A stretch of DNA of 26,134 nucleotides, taken from positions 1-26,134 of the IMG/VR virus record IMGVR_UViG_3300020464_000023; one strand, given 5' to 3'. Shown one piece after another: positions 8,094 to 16,539 of this stretch (position 1 is its first letter; each line of letters starts with the position of its first letter). The notes under the pieces were generated by a model. It was given only the letters and a program-made list of their open reading frames with translations. It was not told the origin of the DNA and ran no database searches. Source of the DNA: a virus (Duplodnaviria > Caudoviricetes). The position numbers and the translations under genes are program-made.

Positions 8094-8702
8094 ATGGGTC
8101 TTAACCTCACATCAGAACTAGAAGCAGTCAACAAAGTATTAAGGATGATGGGTGAAGCACCTGTTAACTCCTTGGCTGGTCAGTTCGGTCTTGCAAAGCA
8201 AGCAAACGATACTCTTAAAGAAGTAAGCAGAACAGTTCAATCAGAAGGGTGGTCATTTAATACTGACTACGAGAGAACTCTGACTCGTACTGCTGGCACT
8301 AATGAAATTGAATTAAGCTCAGATATAAGCAGAGTGAAGATTGATCCTTATGAATACCCAGACAATGAGGTAGTGCAAAGAGGATTGAAGTTATACGACA
8401 GAAGAAAGAATACTTCTGTTTTTGAAGAAGATTTAACAGCAGATGTAACGTACTTTCTAGAGTGGACTGACTTACCTGAACATGCTCGTCAATATATAAT
8501 GACGAAGGCAGGTCGCACATTACAAGAACAGATACTAGGTAGTGCAGATCTAAGTCAGATCAATATCACAGCAGAAGCAGAAGCAAGAGCACAGTTCTTA
8601 GAAGAAGAAACTAATGCCGGAGATCACAATATGATTAGAGGTAATCCTAATCACACAGGAGTATTCCAGACTTACCAACCAAGTCGTACTGTTCTTAGAT
8701 AG
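8094..8702 (+). CDS. gp11: Tail tubular protein A / adaptor (T7 gp11-like)
   Basis: ELEAVN..L...GEAPVNSL, VQSEGWSFN, RG.KLYDR, LPE.AR.YI motifs; 202 aa; follows capsid. Confidence 0.94.
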   Translation: MGLNLTSELEAVNKVLRMMGEAPVNSLAGQFGLAKQANDTLKEVSRTVQSEGWSFNTDYERTLTRTAGTNEIELSSDISRVKIDPYEYPDNEVVQRGLKLYDRRKNTSVFEEDLTADVTYFLEWTDLPEHARQYIMTKAGRTLQEQILGSADLSQINITAEAEARAQFLEEETNAGDHNMIRGNPNHTGVFQTYQPSRTVLR

Positions 8703-8704
8703 TC

Positions 8705-11614
8705 ATGCCTTTAATTACTTCTGCAATCCCGAACCTTATCAATGGGGTTAGTCAGCAACCGCCTGCCTTGAGGCTGGCATCACAAGCAGAGGAAGTAGTT
8801 AATTGCATGTCGAGTCCAGTCGAAGGACTAAAGAAAAGGCCACCGCTAAATAATGTTGCTCGCTTGTTTATTGAGAACAAGTCAACAGTTCGACCATTTG
8901 TTCACATGGTCTCAAGGACTAATGATATTAACTACATCGTCATCATTCAAGATGGTGCAATCAAAGTAGCAAATCTAGATGGAACACTTGTCACCCCTAG
9001 CACACCAGACGGAGTTAGTTATTTAGACGTAACAGGTCATCCTTCTCAAGAATTTAGAGTTGCATCTATCGCTGACTATACGTTCATTGTCAACCGAGAG
9101 AAGGAGGTTGCAATGTCCAGTGACTTGTCACCAACAACAATCACTGACCCGACCTCAATGGTATTTATTAAGGTCGCAAATTATGACACTGAATACAGCG
9201 TTACATTAGGTGGTGTCACTAAAACCTATACAACACCTCCTGCTGGTGGGGAACAAATTGAATGTTCTTACTCTCAGGCAGCCAACAGTTCTAGCGTTTT
9301 AGTTAACGCAACTGCACATGGATTAGTGACAGGTGATAAGTTTAAAATTACTTTTAGCACTGCGTCTGGTGGAGTAGCAGGTACTTACGAAGTAACTTCT
9401 GCTAGTGCTAACCAGTTCTATTACACAGCAGGAGTTCAAAACGATTCAAGCAATAACTCTGGTAATTGCACAGTCGTACCACAAGAGAAGCTATCGACAG
9501 TTACGATTGCCGATGAACTTGCAGATCAGTTAGATACAATTAGTGGATACACTGTTAACAATGACGACTACATAATTCACATCAAGAAAGATGATGGAAG
9601 TGATTACACATTAACAAGTAAAGATGATAAGACAGGAGAAGGAACCAAAGTAATTAAAGGTGTTGTCGATGATCTAGATGACTTACCTATCAAGGGATAT
9701 GAAGGGTTTATTGTTAAAGTACAAGGCTCTCAAGCTACTAGATATGACGACTACTATGTAAAGTTTACAATTAACAAAGACTATGCAACCCTTGGAGAAT
9801 TTGGTGATGGAGTATGGAGAGAGACAGTAGCCCCAGGTATTACATATAGATTTGATGAGGCAACAATGCCTCATGTATTAGTTAGAAATTCAGATGGTAG
9901 TTTTACTTTTCAGAAATATATAAAGGGAGAAACTACTGCTACTTACGCACAATCAGGAACAACAGTTACTGTTACCAAAGCAGATCATGGATTAGAAAGC
10001 GGCACTCTTCTATTTGTTAGACCTTCCTCTGGTGCAGGAACTTCTGGTGTCTTCTCTATTAGGGCAACTGCTGCAAATACATTTACTTATACAGCAGGAC
10101 AAAGCCAGACAACTAGTGGAAACGTAACCTATGGAACCACATGGTCAGGTCGTATAACCGGTGATAAGAAGACAGCCCTAGAGCCTACTTTTGTAGGTAA
10201 CACAATAAATAATCTAAACCTGTTCAGGAATAGGTTGATAATGCTATCCAATGAGAATGTCATTCTTTCTGCTAGTGATGACTATGGACGCTTCTGGCCT
10301 GAAACTGTTCAGACAATGGTGGACAGTGATCCAGTAGATCTCAGTTGCGGTGGTAGTTCCATCAACATTCTTCTATCTACTGTCGCCTTCGCTAACACCC
10401 TTCTCTTGTTTAGTAGAAACTCTCAGTTCAGATTAGATGCAGGATTAAATGTAGGTTCTGCTTTAACACCTAAGACAGCAACCATTACACAGATGACTTC
10501 CTTTGATATGGACACATCTGTTGACCCAATAGCTGTTGGTCGTAATACATACTTCCCTATACCCAAAGGAAACTTTAGTGGGTTAAGAGAGTTTTTCCTA
10601 CCTGACTCCAGTGGATCAGTACCTTTATCAGAAGATGTAACATCCAGTATTCCTAGATATATACCGACAAATCTATGTAGTCTTATCTCTGCTGTGGCAG
10701 AAGATGCTGTTGCAATGCTTAGTCTTGACCAGCCTAAAAGAATATATATTTATAAGTTCTTCTTTGAAGAAGACACAAAGCTTCAATCAGCTTGGTCTTA
10801 TTGGGAAGTTAGTGGTGCAAAGAAAATAATAGGTGCTGCAATTAAAGGCAGTGATTTGTATGTACTTACTGAATATGACGAGGATGGAAACTCATCTCAA
10901 TCAGGAACTTACCTAGAGAAAGTATCATTAAGACCTGAACAAGTAGACCCAGGAACAGAGATAGAAATACTGCTAGATAGAAAGATTACTGAAACAGAAG
11001 TTACATCGACAAGTCTTAATAATGCTGGTGCTTTAGGTGTCGAGACTGTCATTACTCTTCCTTACCCTATTAACACTGGGGCAGACATGATTGTAGTAGG
11101 AAGATACGAGGCAGGTAATACTCTCCTAAGACATGGACAAGTTATTGAACCACTCTCTCAAACATCTAATACGATCACAGTCCTTGGAGATTTAAAGACA
11201 GTAGTAGGAGGGAAGACACCACGTTTCTTTGTCGGAGAAAGATATACTATGACTTACGAGTTTAGTACTCCATATATAAAAGAACAGCCGCAAGGTGGTG
11301 GTGTTGCATTAGCAGCAGGGCCGAAACTACAGATGAGAACGTGGACTGTGATCTTTGATGAGTCGTCAGCTTTTGAGTTAAAGGTTACTCCTGCAAGTAG
11401 AAATACAAACACTTATCCATACAACGGAGTCATCGTTGGTGAAGCTCCTCCACTTATAGGAGATCCTTCAGTTCTTACAGGATCTTTCCGTGTACCTGTG
11501 ATGACTAGCAATATAGATACTAAGATAGTTATATCCTCCGCAAGCCCACTACCTTGTCGATTCCAATCAGCCGAATGGGAAGGGTTCTATCATACGAGAG
11601 CGAAAAGGCAGTAG
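8705..11614 (+). CDS. gp12: Tail tubular protein B / nozzle (T7 gp12-like) with two inserted domains
   Basis: IPNLINGVSQQP start, EGLKKRPP, ADYTFIVN, W.ETVAPG, MPHVLVR, FRNRL, QSAWS.W, AEWEG.Y end; 969 aa. Confidence 0.95.
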   Translation: MPLITSAIPNLINGVSQQPPALRLASQAEEVVNCMSSPVEGLKKRPPLNNVARLFIENKSTVRPFVHMVSRTNDINYIVIIQDGAIKVANLDGTLVTPSTPDGVSYLDVTGHPSQEFRVASIADYTFIVNREKEVAMSSDLSPTTITDPTSMVFIKVANYDTEYSVTLGGVTKTYTTPPAGGEQIECSYSQAANSSSVLVNATAHGLVTGDKFKITFSTASGGVAGTYEVTSASANQFYYTAGVQNDSSNNSGNCTVVPQEKLSTVTIADELADQLDTISGYTVNNDDYIIHIKKDDGSDYTLTSKDDKTGEGTKVIKGVVDDLDDLPIKGYEGFIVKVQGSQATRYDDYYVKFTINKDYATLGEFGDGVWRETVAPGITYRFDEATMPHVLVRNSDGSFTFQKYIKGETTATYAQSGTTVTVTKADHGLESGTLLFVRPSSGAGTSGVFSIRATAANTFTYTAGQSQTTSGNVTYGTTWSGRITGDKKTALEPTFVGNTINNLNLFRNRLIMLSNENVILSASDDYGRFWPETVQTMVDSDPVDLSCGGSSINILLSTVAFANTLLLFSRNSQFRLDAGLNVGSALTPKTATITQMTSFDMDTSVDPIAVGRNTYFPIPKGNFSGLREFFLPDSSGSVPLSEDVTSSIPRYIPTNLCSLISAVAEDAVAMLSLDQPKRIYIYKFFFEEDTKLQSAWSYWEVSGAKKIIGAAIKGSDLYVLTEYDEDGNSSQSGTYLEKVSLRPEQVDPGTEIEILLDRKITETEVTSTSLNNAGALGVETVITLPYPINTGADMIVVGRYEAGNTLLRHGQVIEPLSQTSNTITVLGDLKTVVGGKTPRFFVGERYTMTYEFSTPYIKEQPQGGGVALAAGPKLQMRTWTVIFDESSAFELKVTPASRNTNTYPYNGVIVGEAPPLIGDPSVLTGSFRVPVMTSNIDTKIVISSASPLPCRFQSAEWEGFYHTRAKRQ

Positions 11615-12072
11615 CTTATCAACGACGTACAGAGTTAGAAGATATTAGAATTATTGGTGAGAACATGAGAGATGAGGATATAGCTGAGATTAGAGCACAG
11701 TCAGGACTAACACCTGTCGCTAGTCTGTTCTATTGTTTCTTTAAGAGTAACCCCTGTATGACTATGGTTAGCAGGCATGGACACCCAATGGGCATGTGGG
11801 GTGTTGTACCTGAGTCAGAGACATCTGGTCGTATATGGATGTTGGGTTGTCAGTCGATGTTGGATGACTCAAGTGACAAGCGTACATTCTTAAGACGATC
11901 TAAGATAGAACTAGACAAGATTATTCAGGAGTATCCTGTATTATTTAATGTAGTAGATGCTAGAAACAAAGTTCATGTCAGATGGCTTCAATGGATGGGA
12001 TTTACATTCATTAAAAAGCACTCAGAATATGGGCCAGAGAGTCGTCTGTTCTATGAGTTCGTGAGGATTTAA
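11575..12072 (+). CDS. gp13: Internal virion protein A (T7 gp13-like, GNAT-like fold); start uncertain
   Basis: MR.ED..EI, IWMLG, LFNVVD.RN.VH.RWL.WMGF motifs; position after gp12. ATG 11575 preferred over TTG 11554. Confidence 0.82.
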   Translation: MGRVLSYESEKAVAYQRRTELEDIRIIGENMRDEDIAEIRAQSGLTPVASLFYCFFKSNPCMTMVSRHGHPMGMWGVVPESETSGRIWMLGCQSMLDDSSDKRTFLRRSKIELDKIIQEYPVLFNVVDARNKVHVRWLQWMGFTFIKKHSEYGPESRLFYEFVRI

Positions 12073-12074
12073 TT

Positions 12075-12779
12075 ATGTGCGATCCACTTAGTATTACATT
12101 AGGTGTCTTATCTGGTGGTCTTCAGATAATGCAGCAACAGGCTGCAACTAGAGCACAAAATGCACAGATAGAATTTGAGAACATGGCTGCACAGCAGCAA
12201 TATGATCAACAAGTTCTACAAACAACAGCCAACAGAACAGCAGAACAACAACAGAAAGTCTTACAAGATGACCTCATAGCACAGACAACAGACCTAGCTA
12301 ACATGGATTTTGAAAATCAGATCTCACAAATAAATCTAGGATTACAACAAGAACAAGCATTAGCAGGACAAAAGAAACGAGAAGCACAGAAAGAATTTTT
12401 AGAAGGTCGTGGAGAAGTATTAGCTTCTGGTCGTGCAGGTAATACTGTCTCTACCTTGTTAGCTGATTATCGAAGACAGAAGGCAGCCTTTGATTATGCG
12501 ACAGATCAGAACCTAGCCTTTGTTGGACAACAAGGACAGCAAGAGAAGAGAGGTGCAACTATACAAAGAGCAGGCCGAATAGCTAATCAACAACCATACT
12601 TAGAACGAATGTACCTTGACCCATTGAAGCCAATGATGCGAGGAAAAGTTAAAGGGCCAGGCATGATAGGTTTCCTAAGTGCTGGCCTGAGTGGTGCAAG
12701 TACTGGACTAAGCACACACACCTCCTTAACTCAGGCAGGTATTTGGAAAGGTGGTAAGTACAACTGGAGTGGAGCTTAA
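12075..12779 (+). CDS. gp14: Internal virion / ejection protein B (T7 gp14-like)
   Basis: MCDP start with hydrophobic Gly-rich N-terminus, Q/A-rich coiled coil, GRAGNTV..LL.D motif, Gly-rich hydrophobic C-terminus; synteny. Confidence 0.82.
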   Translation: MCDPLSITLGVLSGGLQIMQQQAATRAQNAQIEFENMAAQQQYDQQVLQTTANRTAEQQQKVLQDDLIAQTTDLANMDFENQISQINLGLQQEQALAGQKKREAQKEFLEGRGEVLASGRAGNTVSTLLADYRRQKAAFDYATDQNLAFVGQQGQQEKRGATIQRAGRIANQQPYLERMYLDPLKPMMRGKVKGPGMIGFLSAGLSGASTGLSTHTSLTQAGIWKGGKYNWSGA

Positions 12780-12782
12780 ACA

Positions 12783-15700
12783 ATGTCTACTAAATACAAA
12801 ACAGAAGGTCTTCAATCAAGAAGAAAAGCAGGTGGTACTTCAATGGGTGCAACTGCTACTCCACTTGAAGACTTTGGTCTTGCAATCCCTGCCCTTCAAC
12901 CTCAAGCTTCAGGAGGTAGTTCCTTTGTCGCTCCTACTGCACCTAACGCACCAGCAGCAACATCCGTTCCTCAAGGATCTACTGTCGCAAAACCTAGTGG
13001 TGATCTTCAAAACTTAGCAGATAGTCTTGGTGGCTTAAATAAAAACCTTACTCAGTTTGCTTCTACCTTTATTGAAAGTCAGGCTGAGTTAAACAAAGCA
13101 GCAGAAAAAAGAGCAGAAGAAGTTGCTGTCAAGCTTTCCCAAACCAATGGGAACTTGATGGGCGAGTACAATAAGATTCTTAATAAGTCAGATAAGGATA
13201 GAACCGACAGTTCTTTACCTGCAAAACAGCAAGCATTAGCAGAAGATAACTACAACATACTTAAGTCGTTAGATCCAAGAGCATCAGATTATTTATCAAG
13301 AGCTTTAGAATACCAACATGGATTAAAACTGGTTGCTAATGCACCTAACTACATAGGCAATTTAAAGGATGAAAGTGGAGCACCTCGTATATTAAAACCA
13401 TACACAGAAGATGGAAGTTCAAGTGAATTAGATATTGTATTGAATGAATATTATTCCAATGGAGGTATTACTAATCCAGGTGTTTTAGTTGATTTAAGAC
13501 CAGCAATGGTCAATCAAAATGCAAACATAAAAAGAACAGTTGCTAAAGCTTATGCTATTCAACAAGACGAAAGACACAAAGATGCTTTTGTCTGGGATGT
13601 CGATAATCTAATTAAGAATACAACTTTAATTGAAGATGCTAACTATATAAAAGGATCAGGCTTTACTGAGATCTATGACAAGTTATATCATTCAGGAATG
13701 AGTACGACTTCTCTAACAAAAGTAGAAGAAAATTTAACAACTACTATAACAGATTTAATATTAGCAAACTCAGTAAACTTAGAGACAGGGACACTAGACC
13801 CTGCTTTATATAATAAGGTTAAAGATTTTATATTAGAAGATATAGCAGCAGCTAAGACAGGGCCGATTGATAGTCAAAACAGACCAAGCTTGTTAGATAA
13901 ATTAGGGCCGACTATTGTTGCACAGATAGAAGCAAACGTAGATTTTAAATACACCAGAGCATTGAATAATCAAAAGGTTGCAGATCAATTAGTTGCAGCA
14001 AGAAAAGAAGAAGATCTCTTCTACCAAGAACTAGAGAAGATGAGTGATGGAGATCCTAATGAACCAGGTGTGCAACCAGTTAAAGTAAAAGTTGGAGATA
14101 AAGATGTTATCTTCAGGATTAACCCTCAATCTTTAGAGAATTATAAAAACAATAGAATCATTGAGATTATTAATAATGAACCTGATTACAACTTAAGAAG
14201 ATCAAAGATTAAACAAGTAGAAGATTTAGTAACACAACAAATTAAAGGATTATCTGAGAATAGATACGCAGCAGGAAAAGAATTAGAAAGCTATGTTGGT
14301 CAGTTTAATGTTTCCCCTCAATTAAAACTTGCAGCAGTAGAACACGCTAAACGATTTAATATTATTACCCAAGAAAAATATACAGACTTGAGAGCAACAG
14401 TAAGACAAGCAATAGGTCTTGAAGAAAGAGAAGTACGATCAGTTATTGATACAAGCTATGACGATATAGTTAAAAATGTTTTAGAGCCAGCAGCAAAACT
14501 TGATTTACTAGGTGTTACAGGAGGAGCCGTCAACACTATAACTGGTGAAGAAGATCTTAGAATTGCACGATTATTAAATAAAACTGTTTTACGCTCTGGT
14601 GAATTATGGGCAGGAGAAGGAACAAAGCAGCAAAGACTTGCAAAGATTAGAGAACTTTGGGCTGACACTAAAGAACAATTTACTGAGTTCAATGTTCAAG
14701 CTTTTGAAAGACCAGAGCAAAATCCTTATCTAACACTTTACGAACAAATACTAAATAAAGAATCAGATGTTCAAAAGACAGAAGGTAAAGAAACAATAGA
14801 ACTAAAAGATGGAGAGACAACAGTGCCTACATTTACAAGACAAGATGGTTCAACTTACATAGCACCTGATACTTCTTATTCAGATAATGAACAGTTTGTT
14901 TTAGCCTCTGATGAAGTAGAAGTTGCTATTAACAAATGGGAAGAATTAAGTGATTACTATAATAATTTAGTTAAAGAAGGAAAGATAAAAGAAGGAGAAC
15001 CTATTCTCAGACCAGACCTAGCTCCTTCCAGACAATATGCCTATAAGACAGGTATGGCAAAGGCGTTGCCTGGTGAATACTTAACACCGACAAGTTTAAA
15101 GAAAATGTATAACGATATTGATTTATTAATAGAGAAAGCAAATCAAGCTAACGATCCTGTCTATCAGACTAATTTACACTGGACTGATTTCTCTTCTGAT
15201 CAAATATCAAGTCGTGGAAAAGAATATAATTATATTCGTACTTTCTCTGCTGGTTTTGCAAATGATCAGGGGGCACAAGTTGATGCAACAATCAATGCAG
15301 AAAATGCTGCAAAGATAGAAGTAAGTCAGAAATTTAAAGGAATATATGGAATGGATCAAATCTCTGATCTTGCTATGGGTACTGGTTATTTAAGAAATTA
15401 CTTAACTAAAAGAAAAAATGAATTGTTTGTATATGAAGGTTCAGGATATGGAGGTGCTACACCTATTGATCCAGCAGCACCAGAGGCCCACGAAACAACT
15501 CCTTTCAATCAAAGAGGTACTTTATTTGCAGAAACACCTTGGCATATAATCGACAATATAGGAGAAGGGAGAGGTAAGTTAGGTTCATCTGCTGTACTAA
15601 GTAGAGAGATAAAAGAAAAGCCTATATATGAAAAATATGTTTTTTTAGAACAGATAGAAGCATTAGGTTCTCAATCAAGTTGGATTCCTTATGCTCACGA

Positions 15701-16538
15701 TCTAAATATAATTCTTAAGAAAACAAATACTCAACCTCTTAATTTCTTTTTGCATCAATACAGAGCACATACAGGAGAGGATATGCCTATGAATCTTCAA
15801 CAAAGAATTATCAAAAGATTATCCACCGAGAAGATAGAGAACATGAAGAATCCTTTATTTAGAAAAGGACTATTAAACAAGGTAAATAATGAAAGAGATC
15901 AAGCAATGATAAATGACAAGAAAGATGAAATTTTAATTGCTGGCAACTTACAAGCTGGAATGTTAGCTGACAATTATGACGGCAAAGGACTTAGTAAAAA
16001 AAAAACTAACTTAAGAACAAAAATTCTTGACACTATTCATAGTGGAGAATCAACAGTAGATACAGTTGGTGGAGGATATGAAGCATTTAATCAAGGTGGT
16101 TCTGATAAAGGAAAAACAGTTTTAGGTTTTAGTGGTACTTATGGAAAACATCCTGCCAATAAAGGGAAAAAATTAGTAGACATGACAATCCAACAAATCT
16201 TAGATATTCAAGACAGTGGTTACGACACAGAAAAATATCCAATGACAGATGAAGGATGGCAAAAATGGTATAAGTCTGGTGGTATTCATGCAGCAGGAAG
16301 ATACCAATTTGTTAATATTGCTTTAAGAGATGCAATGCAATTAGCAAATATAAAACCTACAGAAAAATTTACTTCTGAGATACAAGACAAATTAGCAATG
16401 GCATTACTTTTAAATCGTGGTCAAAACAAATGGGTAAGTATGGAAGGTAACAAAGAATTGCAAAAACTTTTAGAAGAGTTCAACAAGCCTGAAGTGAAGG
16501 AACCTAGTACCATAGATACATCGTCAGGTTTAGCTTGA
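12783..16538 (+). CDS. Internal virion / ejection protein C (gp15-like) with C-terminal lysozyme-like domain
   Basis: Synteny; mostly helical 1251 aa; from about 16011: LDTIHSGES...YEAFN...MTIQQI...AAGRYQF...FT.EIQDKLA, the lambda-R/GH104-like signature. Confidence 0.8.
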   Translation: MSTKYKTEGLQSRRKAGGTSMGATATPLEDFGLAIPALQPQASGGSSFVAPTAPNAPAATSVPQGSTVAKPSGDLQNLADSLGGLNKNLTQFASTFIESQAELNKAAEKRAEEVAVKLSQTNGNLMGEYNKILNKSDKDRTDSSLPAKQQALAEDNYNILKSLDPRASDYLSRALEYQHGLKLVANAPNYIGNLKDESGAPRILKPYTEDGSSSELDIVLNEYYSNGGITNPGVLVDLRPAMVNQNANIKRTVAKAYAIQQDERHKDAFVWDVDNLIKNTTLIEDANYIKGSGFTEIYDKLYHSGMSTTSLTKVEENLTTTITDLILANSVNLETGTLDPALYNKVKDFILEDIAAAKTGPIDSQNRPSLLDKLGPTIVAQIEANVDFKYTRALNNQKVADQLVAARKEEDLFYQELEKMSDGDPNEPGVQPVKVKVGDKDVIFRINPQSLENYKNNRIIEIINNEPDYNLRRSKIKQVEDLVTQQIKGLSENRYAAGKELESYVGQFNVSPQLKLAAVEHAKRFNIITQEKYTDLRATVRQAIGLEEREVRSVIDTSYDDIVKNVLEPAAKLDLLGVTGGAVNTITGEEDLRIARLLNKTVLRSGELWAGEGTKQQRLAKIRELWADTKEQFTEFNVQAFERPEQNPYLTLYEQILNKESDVQKTEGKETIELKDGETTVPTFTRQDGSTYIAPDTSYSDNEQFVLASDEVEVAINKWEELSDYYNNLVKEGKIKEGEPILRPDLAPSRQYAYKTGMAKALPGEYLTPTSLKKMYNDIDLLIEKANQANDPVYQTNLHWTDFSSDQISSRGKEYNYIRTFSAGFANDQGAQVDATINAENAAKIEVSQKFKGIYGMDQISDLAMGTGYLRNYLTKRKNELFVYEGSGYGGATPIDPAAPEAHETTPFNQRGTLFAETPWHIIDNIGEGRGKLGSSAVLSREIKEKPIYEKYVFLEQIEALGSQSSWIPYAHDLNIILKKTNTQPLNFFLHQYRAHTGEDMPMNLQQRIIKRLSTEKIENMKNPLFRKGLLNKVNNERDQAMINDKKDEILIAGNLQAGMLADNYDGKGLSKKKTNLRTKILDTIHSGESTVDTVGGGYEAFNQGGSDKGKTVLGFSGTYGKHPANKGKKLVDMTIQQILDIQDSGYDTEKYPMTDEGWQKWYKSGGIHAAGRYQFVNIALRDAMQLANIKPTEKFTSEIQDKLAMALLLNRGQNKWVSMEGNKELQKLLEEFNKPEVKEPSTIDTSSGLA

Positions 16539-16539
16539 A

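Noticed and set aside
8030-8100. T7 10B-style capsid frameshift extension
   Set aside because: No slippery heptamer near the stop, and the terminator and gp11 start follow within 35 nt.
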